From: Robiginitomaculum sp.
GTDB lineage: Bacteria > Pseudomonadota > Alphaproteobacteria > Caulobacterales > Maricaulaceae
Length of the DNA stretch: 49,507 bases
Direction: 5' to 3'
Assembly (NCBI GenBank): GCA_026982235.1
Contig: JALSHM010000397.1
Span: 1-49,507, forward strand
The position numbers were made by a program, and so were the translations under genes. This document shows positions 8,939-18,623 of the stretch, one piece after another (the stretch's first letter is position 1; every line of letters starts with the position of its first letter). The notes under the pieces were generated by a model. The model was not told where the DNA came from, did not search any database, and saw only the letters and a program-made list of their open reading frames with translations.

Positions 8939-10213
8939 TCAATCATCTCCAAAGGGTTTGAGGATGAGGTCTTTAGACACGATAATTGAGAACCGCCAAC
9001 CGGGGTGCACGCTCAAAGTCGGCTGGATGTTGAGGCTGCGCTCGATAATGCGCTGGCCTGCGATATTGGCTGTATCCTGCCCTGCATTTTGTAAGGCACG
9101 GGCAAGCCGGCCTTCATCATCTGAAGAAAGCTCGCTGCCAACGCTCAATAGTGATGATAACACCGCGCCTTTCATGAACTGCCAAGTATGGCGATCCACT
9201 TTGTCTTTCAGCCCCGCAAAGCCTTGGCCGTCAACGGCAGGCAGATTATCAAGCTGAATAGAATTTCCATTGGGAAATATAATCCGTGTCCACACAACAA
9301 GAGCGCGGCTTTGACCGTAAGCAATAACGCTATCATAACGGCCAAGAAGACGTGCTCCCTGCGGGATCAGTAAATACTCGCCAGTGACCGTATCATAAAC
9401 ATTCTCGGTCACCTGTCCAATCACTTGACCCGGCAGGTCAGAATTAAGCCCTGTGACCAAGCTCGCGGGTATCAATGTTCCCGCCATTATCTGATATGGC
9501 GATTTGGGCATTTGCAGAACATACGGATTATATATCTCGCCTGCTGATTGCCCAAGAAACGCTGACTTACTGTTTTGGTAAGCAGGCGCAGCATTAAATT
9601 CCGCATTCCCTATTATCGGCGCTCCATAACCAGCCGCCATATTGACATTGGCTAGGTTTGAGTAAGCCAGCTCCAACTGTGCATCCATTTGAGCGAATTG
9701 ATCTGGCGGTTCAACGGAACCACGTTGATTTGAATCGACAGAAAAGAACAACCCCGACTCTCGTGCTTCATCACGTTTATCTGGCGCGGGTGCTGATTGA
9801 TAGCTCGCTGCTGGCCTGTATTGTCGAGGCGGCTGCGCACCCTTAGGCGCATACTGAAACGGATTATCCAGTTCTGCTGCTGGCGCGCCGCCCTGATTGG
9901 CTTCCAAGAACGCCGCACCTAAATCACCCGGCAATGGCGGGCCCAAAATAGCTTTCTGGTTAGGCTGCATATCGGCATAGGTTTTTGGCAGAGCATCAAG
10001 AGCATCCGTCATAGGTTTATGAGACACGTTATAAAGCTCACTTGGCCGCTCGCTATCACCATATTCAGGTGATTGTAGGGCAAAGGCCAAGGCTGCGAAT
10101 AACCCAGCACTTAATGCTGTGCCCCCAAGAATTAGTGCCTTGCGGCTAAACCGTTTGACGGGTTTTGGCTTGGCTCGGATAGCGAGGTCTGGACTGTTGG
10201 TAGCTTCACTCAT
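8939..10213 (-). CDS. trbI: TrbI/VirB10 T4SS protein
   Basis: 424 aa with an N-terminal TM segment, a Pro-rich linker and a conserved C-terminal barrel. It occupies the last core position of the trb operon. Confidence 0.92.
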   Translation of the reverse strand: MSEATNSPDLAIRAKPKPVKRFSRKALILGGTALSAGLFAALAFALQSPEYGDSERPSELYNVSHKPMTDALDALPKTYADMQPNQKAILGPPLPGDLGAAFLEANQGGAPAAELDNPFQYAPKGAQPPRQYRPAASYQSAPAPDKRDEARESGLFFSVDSNQRGSVEPPDQFAQMDAQLELAYSNLANVNMAAGYGAPIIGNAEFNAAPAYQNSKSAFLGQSAGEIYNPYVLQMPKSPYQIMAGTLIPASLVTGLNSDLPGQVIGQVTENVYDTVTGEYLLIPQGARLLGRYDSVIAYGQSRALVVWTRIIFPNGNSIQLDNLPAVDGQGFAGLKDKVDRHTWQFMKGAVLSSLLSVGSELSSDDEGRLARALQNAGQDTANIAGQRIIERSLNIQPTLSVHPGWRFSIIVSKDLILKPFGDD

Positions 10214-11259
10214 GATTTTGTATCACGGACAATGCGGACAACATCTTGGTCTTTTTCGCCAAGTCGTAATTCTGCAGACTTGAAGAGACGGTCAACGATG
10301 TAATAACTGCCTTTGACGCGGTAATTGACCAGTTGGCTTTTGCCTTTACGCCCCATCACAAAGAGTGGCGGCGCTTCGCCTTGATCTAACCGTGCTGGGA
10401 ACTGGATAAATACCTTTTTCCCATCATCAAAGGCGCGCAGTGGTCGCCAATGCGGACTGTCACCTTTAATCTGGTAACGGAAATTCAGATTATCTATAGA
10501 TAGGCTTTGTTTATTGATGGCAGCCGTCGCTTTTGATTTAGCCCGCCGCGTCATTTTCTTTACACCGCGAAGCCCAAACGCCTCACGCGGGTAACGCCAA
10601 GATACCGCAGCCATATAAGTATCTTTATATGAATGTAGCTCCAAATAATATGTGCGTTTGTTCGTCGTAATCACAAGATTAGTCGCAAGGTTTGGCTTGG
10701 TCGGTTTAACAAGGATATGCACTTGGTCGCCACCGATTGCACCGGAAACGGTATCGCCCACTATCCAGCGAATGGTGTCGCCCGCTGATACAGATGTTAG
10801 CTCTTCTCCAGGCTGCAAGGCAATGTCAGTCACTTGCTGCGGCGCGCAATACACTTGGTAAAGCGAACCCGGCGTGTATGGATAGACCTGAATGGCATTG
10901 AGATAATTACTGCTATTGGGTTCAATAGAACTATTTGCATTTGCCTGTTCAATCGCTTCAAAGGGTTTGAGAACTAGGCCGGATGTAACATAAGACGCTG
11001 GCCGCAATTTCATCTGGGCTTTTTTAATAAATTCTGGCATGACGGCGGGCCCGAAAAACTCAATTTCTATCGGGCGTTCTTCTTGAATGATGGGTTCTTC
11101 GGTTTCCAAAATAGCGGCGCTCATCTCTACGGGCGCAACATCTTTACGCGACATGTCGAGTTTGAAATCAGCAAACTGCTCTTGCAGGCTGGCGCATCCC
11201 GTAAGGGATACCAATAAGCAAGCCGCTGCTGTCGTTTTTAATAGATATGAATGTCTCAT
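10210..11259 (-). CDS. trbG: TrbG/VirB9 T4SS outer-membrane protein
   Basis: I place the start at the ATG at 11259 (MRHSYLLKTTAAACLLVSLTGCAS, a lipoprotein-type signal), preceded by GGAG. The longer track ORF (to 11532) overlaps trbF. The stop overlaps the trbI start. Confidence 0.88.
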   Translation of the reverse strand: MRHSYLLKTTAAACLLVSLTGCASLQEQFADFKLDMSRKDVAPVEMSAAILETEEPIIQEERPIEIEFFGPAVMPEFIKKAQMKLRPASYVTSGLVLKPFEAIEQANANSSIEPNSSNYLNAIQVYPYTPGSLYQVYCAPQQVTDIALQPGEELTSVSAGDTIRWIVGDTVSGAIGGDQVHILVKPTKPNLATNLVITTNKRTYYLELHSYKDTYMAAVSWRYPREAFGLRGVKKMTRRAKSKATAAINKQSLSIDNLNFRYQIKGDSPHWRPLRAFDDGKKVFIQFPARLDQGEAPPLFVMGRKGKSQLVNYRVKGSYYIVDRLFKSAELRLGEKDQDVVRIVRDTKS

Positions 11260-11260
11260 T

Positions 11261-11950
11261 TTATTCTCCGGAGTTAAGGTCTTTTGACCAGTTAAGGCCG
11301 TGCACATAGAGGCCAAGGGGGTTGCTATGCAGAGTTTGCGCATCGGTCGGGGGATGGATGATGATGGATAGAACTGCCGTGAAGTTTTCTGTGCCGATGA
11401 GCGCGCCGTCGCGATATGAGGTTTCCCGCCATCGGATTTCAAAACTGTCATCTGATGAGCGCACAATAGAGGCAACATCAACGGTGACGCTGCGTTGGCC
11501 GATATCGGCGAATGGGTCGTTCTCGGTCGCATAAGCGTTCAAGGTCACGGAAGCTTGGTCAGTGGCAAAGCTGTACGCTTCTAACCAGTTGTGCCTTAGC
11601 ACAACGGGGTCGATAGAAACCGAACGGACATTGCTGATAAAATCCGCAAGTTGATGGGCAATCTGCGCATCCGACGGAATGAAATTTTCTGTAGCGGGAC
11701 CGATAGCGCGGACGGAACCATTGGTATCCACTTCCACAACATAGGGCGTGACCATACTTTGCGAGCTTTGCCAGATAAACGCCCCTGCTAGCAGCGCAGA
11801 TAAACCGATTGACAGTAATGTCGCTAACCGCCAATTCTTGGCTTGCACGCGGGCAGAGCCGATGCGGTCATCCCAGACTTGCGCTGCTCGTTGATATGGC
11901 GTTTCGGGGACAGGCGTTGTTCCGTATCTCGATTGACTGCGTTTCCACAT
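11261..11950 (-). CDS. trbF: TrbF/VirB8 T4SS protein
   Basis: 229 aa with a single TM (WRLATLLSIGLSALLAGAFIW) and a VirB8-like periplasmic domain. Assignment also rests on operon position. Confidence 0.88.
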   Translation of the reverse strand: MWKRSQSRYGTTPVPETPYQRAAQVWDDRIGSARVQAKNWRLATLLSIGLSALLAGAFIWQSSQSMVTPYVVEVDTNGSVRAIGPATENFIPSDAQIAHQLADFISNVRSVSIDPVVLRHNWLEAYSFATDQASVTLNAYATENDPFADIGQRSVTVDVASIVRSSDDSFEIRWRETSYRDGALIGTENFTAVLSIIIHPPTDAQTLHSNPLGLYVHGLNWSKDLNSGE

Positions 11951-11973
11951 TTCATTTCTCCTATTCTTGCTGA

Positions 11974-13311
11974 TTATTCATCTTGGTCTAATTTGAGGGC
12001 AAAGCCGCCGCCGTGTGTGTCGCCAGAGCGGATAGCGTCACTGGCGCGCCGCGTGGCGTTATGGGTTGATTGCTGGCGTTTAATCTTCTTGGCCCAATCA
12101 GGTTGATTTGCCCCGCCGCCAGAACCGCCGCCATCATTGGCAGATATTGGCTTTAAACCTTTTTGCGATAGCGCATTAAGCCCGCCGCGCATTCCTGCTT
12201 TATGAGCCGCGCCGACACTGCCTGTGGCTTTTGATGCTGCGGCTTTGCCCGCGTTTTTAACGGCGCCCATGCCTGCTTGTGCGACAGCGGACGCACCGCC
12301 AAGCGCGCCCTTTACGCCGCCGGAACCTGAGGCCGCTTTACCAAGGGCGAAGGAAAGCTGTGTGCCGCCTGCGAGGGACGCGCCCGCTTTAACCGCGCCG
12401 CCTGCCGCTTTGCCTGCCATGCCTGCGCCCGCTCCTGCGGCAGCTCCGCCTGCCATTGCGCCTGCGCCAACGGCGGCCATAGTGCCAACCGCCGCGCCTG
12501 CTCCTAATTGTGGTGCTCCAGATACAAGACCAGTGGCAATGCCTGGGCCAAAGATGCCCAATGCGAATATAGCGAGAGAGGCAAGGATTACGGAAGCAGC
12601 GTCTTCAAGCGTAACTTCGCCCGGTACGAACGCTGCTGTCACTTGCCCAAATATAGTCGAGCCAATGCCGATAATAATCGCCAGCACCATCAGTTTAATG
12701 CCGGACGCGATAATATTGCCGAGCACTTTCTCTGCGAGGAATGATGTTTTATTCCAGAGAGCGAATGGTATCAGCACAAACCCTGCAAGCGTGGTCAGTT
12801 TAAACTCAATAATCGTAACAAAAAGCTGGATGGACAAAAAGAAGAAGGCGAACAGAGTGATCACCCAAGCCAGTAATAATATAATGATGGTGACAATATT
12901 AGTGAAGAATTTAATCGGGCCTGTGAGGTTTTGAACTTCTGTTAGGAGCGGATGCGCTGCATCAAAGCCGACACTGGCAACAAAACCAGGACGCATCAGA
13001 TCCGCCGCAGTTATGGTTTTGCCCGTAGCGTTAAGGCCGAGCTGTCCAAAGCTGGTAAAAATGATGTCGCTCAAGAATGAAAAATTATTCAAAATAAGAG
13101 CAAAGAAGCCAACATACATTACTTTTTTGAGGAACTTGGCAATGACATTAGTATCCGGCCCCATTGCCCAATACAGGCCTGCGAGCGTAATATCTATGCC
13201 GATTAGAAAGGCAGTCAGGAACATCACATCTGGGCCGAGCAAACCAAAGCCCGAATCTATGTAAGTAGAGAACGTCTTGAGGAACTCATCTATGACGGAG
13301 AGATTGTCCAT
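11974..13311 (-). CDS. trbL: TrbL/VirB6 T4SS inner-membrane protein with a Gly/Ala-rich C-terminal tail
   Basis: 445 aa, polytopic and hydrophobic, followed by a long GA-rich low-complexity tail. Assignment also rests on operon position. Confidence 0.88.
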   Translation of the reverse strand: MDNLSVIDEFLKTFSTYIDSGFGLLGPDVMFLTAFLIGIDITLAGLYWAMGPDTNVIAKFLKKVMYVGFFALILNNFSFLSDIIFTSFGQLGLNATGKTITAADLMRPGFVASVGFDAAHPLLTEVQNLTGPIKFFTNIVTIIILLLAWVITLFAFFFLSIQLFVTIIEFKLTTLAGFVLIPFALWNKTSFLAEKVLGNIIASGIKLMVLAIIIGIGSTIFGQVTAAFVPGEVTLEDAASVILASLAIFALGIFGPGIATGLVSGAPQLGAGAAVGTMAAVGAGAMAGGAAAGAGAGMAGKAAGGAVKAGASLAGGTQLSFALGKAASGSGGVKGALGGASAVAQAGMGAVKNAGKAAASKATGSVGAAHKAGMRGGLNALSQKGLKPISANDGGGSGGGANQPDWAKKIKRQQSTHNATRRASDAIRSGDTHGGGFALKLDQDE

Positions 13312-13313
13312 GA

Positions 13314-14039
13314 TTAGCGCCCTCTCTTTTTGCCGTAGGCATTTCTAGTGCCGACAAAGCGCTTGTGTTTCTGGCGGGATTCTTTCTCGATGGCGAGTTG
13401 GCGAGAGTGTTCAAGCGCTTGGGCGCGATATTGCACAGCGTCCATCTGCTGCATTTGCATGATTTGTTTGATGAGCAATGCTAGGAGTTGATTGCCTGCT
13501 TGCGCTACGGATAAATTCCCTGTGGAGCTTTGGCTTTCTGTCACCAGCTTATCTAATGTTCGCGCATCCACCTTGACGCTGCTAATCATTTTGGATTGCA
13601 TGACGATGGCTTCTTCAAAAGCAACACGGGAGTTCTCCCATTGTACCTCTGCATTTGCCAACATTTCATCATCTGACATATCGGCGTATTCTTGTGGATA
13701 ATGCTCCCGCATAAGATCGCGGCTACGCCCAACCTCATAGCTGACATTTTCTGCTTCTTCTGTGAGCGTGGCTATTTCTTCTAAGATACGCAGCAATTCA
13801 TATTGAGCATTATAATCAAGCTTAGCTAAATCCTTGGCCTGGCCAATCAGCATGCGGGCTTCATTACGAAGTTGGCTGACCTGTTGACGTATCTGGATCA
13901 GCGTTCGTGATGCCGTATAGAGATTTTGCACAAAGTTCTTAGGGTCAAAGACGATACCGCCAAATTGCGCTTGCGCGGCCTGCGCGAATGACAGCAGCAT
14001 CAAAAAGACAAGAATGAATGATTTTATTCGGCGGCGCAT
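13314..14039 (-). CDS. trbJ: TrbJ/VirB5 T4SS protein
   Basis: I place the start at 14039 (MRRRIKSFILVFLMLLSFAQAAQA, a signal peptide). The product is a coiled-coil-rich periplasmic protein. Its start overlaps the trbE end by 16 nt. Confidence 0.85.
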   Translation of the reverse strand: MRRRIKSFILVFLMLLSFAQAAQAQFGGIVFDPKNFVQNLYTASRTLIQIRQQVSQLRNEARMLIGQAKDLAKLDYNAQYELLRILEEIATLTEEAENVSYEVGRSRDLMREHYPQEYADMSDDEMLANAEVQWENSRVAFEEAIVMQSKMISSVKVDARTLDKLVTESQSSTGNLSVAQAGNQLLALLIKQIMQMQQMDAVQYRAQALEHSRQLAIEKESRQKHKRFVGTRNAYGKKRGR

Positions 14040-16501
14040 ATGTCCTCGCTTTCTGTTGTAGTTTCTCTCCAAGGCAATGCTTCATTTGTGAGATTAAATT
14101 CAGCGCCCATAAGGTCAGCGGCCCAATTAAGGGATTTTGCCCGTAGCCATTCACTGGCGAATTGTTCTGTCCCGTACGTATCAATCACTGCATCAATACC
14201 CGCATGTTCACTCTCCGAACCTGCGCCGCAAAATGCCAAAGCCACTTCGCCAAGCCCGAGGTCGAACAAGCGGTTACCTGCTCGTGACTGAAAGTAATAA
14301 TCTTGCTTGGGAATGCTGGACGCTATGATTTCTATCTGGCGTTTATTCAGGCCAAAGCGTTCGTATATTTCCGCTTGCTGTGGTTCCATCGCGCGGTCAT
14401 TGGGTAGGAATATTCGGGATGGGCAGGATTCGATAAGCGCAGGCGCAATATCGCTGCTGGCAATGTCGGCTAAGGATTGTGTCGAGAATATTACTGACAC
14501 ATTTTTCTTACGCAGGACTTTCAGCCATTCGCGTATCCGCTCTGCAAAGAATGGGTCATCTAGAAACACCCAAGCTTCATCGAGTATGAGCAGGCTGGGC
14601 TTGCCGTTAAACCGCGCTTCTAATCTGTGAAACAGATATGTTAGCACGGGTAGCACAAGCGCCTTGGAGTGCATCAATGTTTCCATCTCAAAACATTGCA
14701 TATCGCCCGCTTTGAAGGATTCAGTATTTCCGTCGAGTAAATGACCATAAGCACCATCAAGTGTATAGGGTTGCATGGCTTGGCGTAATTTATTAGATTG
14801 TAGGAGCGCGGATAATCCTGTCAACGTTCTTTGCTCGGTGGGCGCAGTGGCTAGGCTTTGTAAAGCGCTCCACACTGCTTCTTTAATATCTGGGTCAGTT
14901 TCTAAGCCTTCATTACGGAGCAACCCCAATATCCAATCAAGCGCCCATGCTATCTCGCCATCGTCATCAATCCCTTTTAGGGGTTGGAAGATGATAGAAT
15001 TTTCTGCACCGAGGTCATAATAATCACCATTCAGTGCAAGCGTTGCGGCGCGCGCAGAACGGCCTTTGTCAAAGACAAATACTTGCGCGCCTTTATAACG
15101 GCGAAACTGCAAGGCGAGCAGTGACAGCAAAACCGATTTACCCGCGCCCGTTGGCCCAACGATGAGCATATGCCCGACATCGCCCTGATGGGTAACAAGA
15201 CGAAACGGCGTGTGACCTGCCGTTGTTGCATGCAGCAAGGGCACATCACCCAAATGCTCATTCCGCTTTGGCCCAGCCCATATGGCAGACAGCGGCATAA
15301 GGTGGGTGAGATTTAGGGTATGGATTATTGGTTGTCGGATATTGGCGTATGGATTGCCGGGCAGCGTGCCGAGCCAAGCATCAACCGCATTGACACTTTC
15401 ATGGATAGAGACAAAACCCCGTCCATTGACAATGCGCTCAATTGAACGGATTTGCTGCTCGGCTAAGAGCGCGTCTTTGTGACTGACTACAATACAGGTG
15501 GTGAGATAGCCAAAACTCACATGATCTGCCCCAAGGTCTTGCAGGGCCTCATCGGCATCGAGGGCTTTGTTATCGGCGTCGCTATCAACCAATGCCGATG
15601 TTTCGTTAAACAGGCTTTCCCGCAGTAGCGACATGACCGATTTTCGTTTAGCAAACCATTGGCGGCGAAATTTACCGATGACCTTTGTAGCCTCTGCTTT
15701 ATCCATCGGTAAATACCGTGTCATCCAGCGGTATGAGAATCCTAAAGAATTTAGCTCATCCAATATTCCCGGCGTTGTTTCTCCCGGAAATCCGCGCACG
15801 GTAATCATGTGTAGATTTTCACCGCCAAGCCTTGGCACGAGACCGCCGACTAAATCAGCCCCGCCAATGAGGGCGTCAATATAGGCGGGTGTTTCTGGAC
15901 AGGTGATTTTGTGTTTGTTTGGCGATATGCAAGAGTGGAGGTATGTGAGCGTTTCGGTATCATCTAAGAATTCCGCTAATGGGAACAAGCTTCCCATTAA
16001 ATCTAAGCAGCGCTCGCTTTCCGTAATGAAGGCCGTGAGATGATCGGACGCAGTTTCTGTTAATTCGTCATCTGGCTTTTCTATAAGCAGACTCTCGGCG
16101 CGCTTGGCGCTATCGGCTGGCGGTAGATAGGCAAATGTCAGATAGTATTCACTTTCAAAATGATGTTCGGATTGTTCAAATTGCCCGCGTCTCTCTTGGT
16201 CTACAATCCACGCCGCTGGGTCTTTGAATGCGCTATGCGGATAGTCAGGCGCAGCGTGGCGGCACGCTTCGAAATACAAAGCCCATCCTGAACCAAAACG
16301 CCTTAGCGCGTTATTGATACGTGCACATGTAGCGACGAGTTCTTCCTCAGTTGCGCTGCCCAAATCCGGTCCGCGAAATCTTGCCGTTCTTTGGAAACTG
16401 CCGTCTTTATTGAGCACTACGCCCGGCGCTATCAAGCACGCCCAAGGGAGATAGTCTGCCAGTCTTGCAGGTTGCTTTTGATATTCAGCGAGATTCAACA
16501 T
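14024..16501 (-). CDS. trbE: TrbE/VirB4 T4SS ATPase
   Basis: 825 aa with Walker A GPTGAGKS and Walker B LLILDEAW. The N-terminus is TrbE-like. Confidence 0.95.
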   Translation of the reverse strand: MLNLAEYQKQPARLADYLPWACLIAPGVVLNKDGSFQRTARFRGPDLGSATEEELVATCARINNALRRFGSGWALYFEACRHAAPDYPHSAFKDPAAWIVDQERRGQFEQSEHHFESEYYLTFAYLPPADSAKRAESLLIEKPDDELTETASDHLTAFITESERCLDLMGSLFPLAEFLDDTETLTYLHSCISPNKHKITCPETPAYIDALIGGADLVGGLVPRLGGENLHMITVRGFPGETTPGILDELNSLGFSYRWMTRYLPMDKAEATKVIGKFRRQWFAKRKSVMSLLRESLFNETSALVDSDADNKALDADEALQDLGADHVSFGYLTTCIVVSHKDALLAEQQIRSIERIVNGRGFVSIHESVNAVDAWLGTLPGNPYANIRQPIIHTLNLTHLMPLSAIWAGPKRNEHLGDVPLLHATTAGHTPFRLVTHQGDVGHMLIVGPTGAGKSVLLSLLALQFRRYKGAQVFVFDKGRSARAATLALNGDYYDLGAENSIIFQPLKGIDDDGEIAWALDWILGLLRNEGLETDPDIKEAVWSALQSLATAPTEQRTLTGLSALLQSNKLRQAMQPYTLDGAYGHLLDGNTESFKAGDMQCFEMETLMHSKALVLPVLTYLFHRLEARFNGKPSLLILDEAWVFLDDPFFAERIREWLKVLRKKNVSVIFSTQSLADIASSDIAPALIESCPSRIFLPNDRAMEPQQAEIYERFGLNKRQIEIIASSIPKQDYYFQSRAGNRLFDLGLGEVALAFCGAGSESEHAGIDAVIDTYGTEQFASEWLRAKSLNWAADLMGAEFNLTNEALPWRETTTESEDICAAE

Positions 16502-16761
16502 GACAGATAACCTTTGTGTTTGATGTGACGAGCCAGCACGTCCATGAATTTAGGATCGCGTTTGGCGAAATAGACGGATAGGGAATGTGAAATGACCCAA
16601 TAGACGATCCCGACGATGGCAAGCTGGAGGCCAAGCCCGAGGGCGGCGGCAAGCGTACCGTTGAGAATCGCTGCCGTTCGTGGTGCACCGCCGAGCAGAA
16701 TTGGTTCGGTTAGCGAACGGTGCAAAGGTATGGAAAAACCGTCTATCATTCCATTTGGCAT
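16495..16761 (-). CDS. trbD: TrbD/VirB3 T4SS protein
   Basis: 88-aa small membrane protein that overlaps the trbE start. Confidence 0.85.
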   Translation of the reverse strand: MPNGMIDGFSIPLHRSLTEPILLGGAPRTAAILNGTLAAALGLGLQLAIVGIVYWVISHSLSVYFAKRDPKFMDVLARHIKHKGYLSC

Positions 16762-17075
16762 TAGATCAATGCTCCGCCGCTAAACTTGAAGAAGGACATG
16801 AAGAAGCTGGTAGCCGTGAATGCAATGGACAGGCCAAAGACAATTTGAATCAGCTTACGAATACCGCCGCCTGTGTCACCAAACGCTAGAGTCAGACCTG
16901 TCATAATGATAACAATGGTGCCGAAGATTTTAGCAACCGGGCCTTCAATAGATTTAAGAATTTTAGTCAGCGGCGCTTCCCACGGCATGGACGAGCCAGA
17001 TGCAAAGGCGGGTTCGGCGAACAGAACAAATGCGAGGATAATAAATATCAGATAAGTAAGTTGACGGGTGGACAT
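16761..17075 (-). CDS. trbC: TrbC/VirB2 pilin precursor
   Basis: 104 aa with a signal sequence and two hydrophobic helices. Assignment also rests on operon position. Confidence 0.85.
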   Translation of the reverse strand: MSTRQLTYLIFIILAFVLFAEPAFASGSSMPWEAPLTKILKSIEGPVAKIFGTIVIIMTGLTLAFGDTGGGIRKLIQIVFGLSIAFTATSFFMSFFKFSGGALI

Positions 17076-17084
17076 AGTTTTCTC

Positions 17085-18041
17085 CTAAGGTTTAGTTTTT
17101 GGGATAAGTTTGCACCCTACGGGCATGGTAAGTAGGGTAAAATTGGGTGCGAGCGGTTCAAAATCATATTCATCGCCATGCACGCCAAGAACGCGGGCAA
17201 TAGTCTCGACGCGGCGGGACAAGCCTCGCCCAGAGATAAAGACGATGACATTTATGGCTTCGGCAATCAGTGTGCGCGGGACAGAGCTAGCGCCTTCCAA
17301 GATAAGCTGCTCGATACGGTATATTCCTGCTTCGGCAGAATTGGCGTGTACGGTGGCAATACCGCCGGGGTGTCCCGTGTTCCACGCTTTGAGCATATCA
17401 AGCGCTTCGGGGCCGCGTACCTCGCCAACGACGATACGGTCGGGGCGTAGGCGCAATGTGGAGCGAACGAGATCTGCGAGTTTTACGTCTTGGCCATGTG
17501 TGCGCAAAGCTACCGTATCTTCTGCGGCGCATTGCAGTTCTCTGGTATCTTCGAGGATAAGTACGCGGTCATTGCAGTTGGCGATTTCGGCCAAGAGTGC
17601 ATTGGCAAAAGTAGTCTTGCCGCTACTTGTACCGCCAACGATCAGGATATTGAGTTTGGCGTTTACTGCATATGACAGAGCATCTGCTTGCGCCTTGGTC
17701 ATAGTTTCCGCTTCTACATAATCACCCAGCGTGAAAATCTTAGCCGCACCCTTACGGATAGAAAAACATGGGGCGGAAACTACTGGCGGGAGCAATCCTT
17801 CAAACCGTTCGCCCCCAAAAGGCGGGATGCCGGGGAGTTCTGCACTTACGATTGGTCTATTAGTCGTCACCTCTTGACGGATATGACTGGCGACTAATTT
17901 AACGATGCGTTCTGCATCAGGCGGTGTAATCATTTCGCCCGTGTAAACCCGTCCTTCGCCGTGACGGTCTAGCCATAATTTGCCATCTGGATTGACCATA
18001 ATCTCAATGACGTTTTTATCATCTAGCGCCGCGCCAATCAC
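17085..18041 (-). CDS. trbB: TrbB/VirB11 T4SS ATPase
   Basis: 318 aa with Walker A GGTSSGKTT and a VirB11/GspE-like fold (RPDRIVVGEVRG, His box). The track uses a GTG start, so the exact start is uncertain. Confidence 0.9.
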   Translation of the reverse strand: MIGAALDDKNVIEIMVNPDGKLWLDRHGEGRVYTGEMITPPDAERIVKLVASHIRQEVTTNRPIVSAELPGIPPFGGERFEGLLPPVVSAPCFSIRKGAAKIFTLGDYVEAETMTKAQADALSYAVNAKLNILIVGGTSSGKTTFANALLAEIANCNDRVLILEDTRELQCAAEDTVALRTHGQDVKLADLVRSTLRLRPDRIVVGEVRGPEALDMLKAWNTGHPGGIATVHANSAEAGIYRIEQLILEGASSVPRTLIAEAINVIVFISGRGLSRRVETIARVLGVHGDEYDFEPLAPNFTLLTMPVGCKLIPKTKP

Positions 18042-18091
18042 TGGCCATTGCGGAGCGGAGCATTTCCAATGTGCGGCTTGCGGTGACGGGA

Positions 18092-18622
18092 TTAAGCTGA
18101 GACATGTTTGGCCTCCGCTTTTACTTTTTTCGCTGTAATTTTCTTGAACTTCTTCCCATCAAGCTTTGCGAGAAGCTCTAATTCTTCTTTCGTAAAATAC
18201 TGGTCTTCTGTCGCCATGACATCTGCCAAGGCGAGTTTCATAATCCGCCCATCAAGCTTCATCTGCGTTTTGAGCTGATCTACAAAATTATTGAAGTGTA
18301 ATGCGCCCTTGGCTTGGCGGCGGTCTTGCTCGCCCTCTTTAATATCTGGTGCCAGTGAAAAGAAATAGCGCAAAAACAATGAGAACGCCTCTGTCAGCAT
18401 ATTCAAATCACGGGAGTGCCGATAATCATGACGGGTCATAAGGTCTAATCGGCGAATTAATTTGGCATCACGGCGGTCATCTCTCTCATAAGAAAAATAT
18501 GAGCTAAGCGCTTTATCCACTATGAGCGATAACGATGCGTCTGGCTTTTTAGCCGCATCATGCAGACGCATATAATTAGCGGCAGAAACACGAGGACGGA
18601 TGCGGGGTCTGTGTACGGTCAT
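18092..18622 (-). CDS. Ribbon-helix-helix (CopG-like) protein between traG and trbB
   Basis: 176 aa. The N-terminal RVSAANYMRLHDAAKK...LSLIVDKAL fits an RHH motif. The position is the usual one in Trb-type ICEs. Confidence 0.55.
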   Translation of the reverse strand: MTVHRPRIRPRVSAANYMRLHDAAKKPDASLSLIVDKALSSYFSYERDDRRDAKLIRRLDLMTRHDYRHSRDLNMLTEAFSLFLRYFFSLAPDIKEGEQDRRQAKGALHFNNFVDQLKTQMKLDGRIMKLALADVMATEDQYFTKEELELLAKLDGKKFKKITAKKVKAEAKHVSA

Positions 18623-18623
18623 A

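Noticed and set aside
11260-11532. N-terminal 91-aa extension of the TrbG ORF
   Set aside because: It overlaps trbF completely in another frame. An internal ATG at 11259, with a GGAG Shine-Dalgarno sequence, gives a classical lipoprotein signal right after the trbF stop.
12224-12934. 236-aa Ala/Pro-rich plus-strand ORF, and other long antisense ORFs (for example 17110-17721, 24584-25000, 22921-23319)
   Set aside because: They lie antisense to well-supported genes (trbL, trbB, the deaminase gene, orf171). They are the expected by-product of codon-biased or low-complexity coding sequence on the opposite strand.
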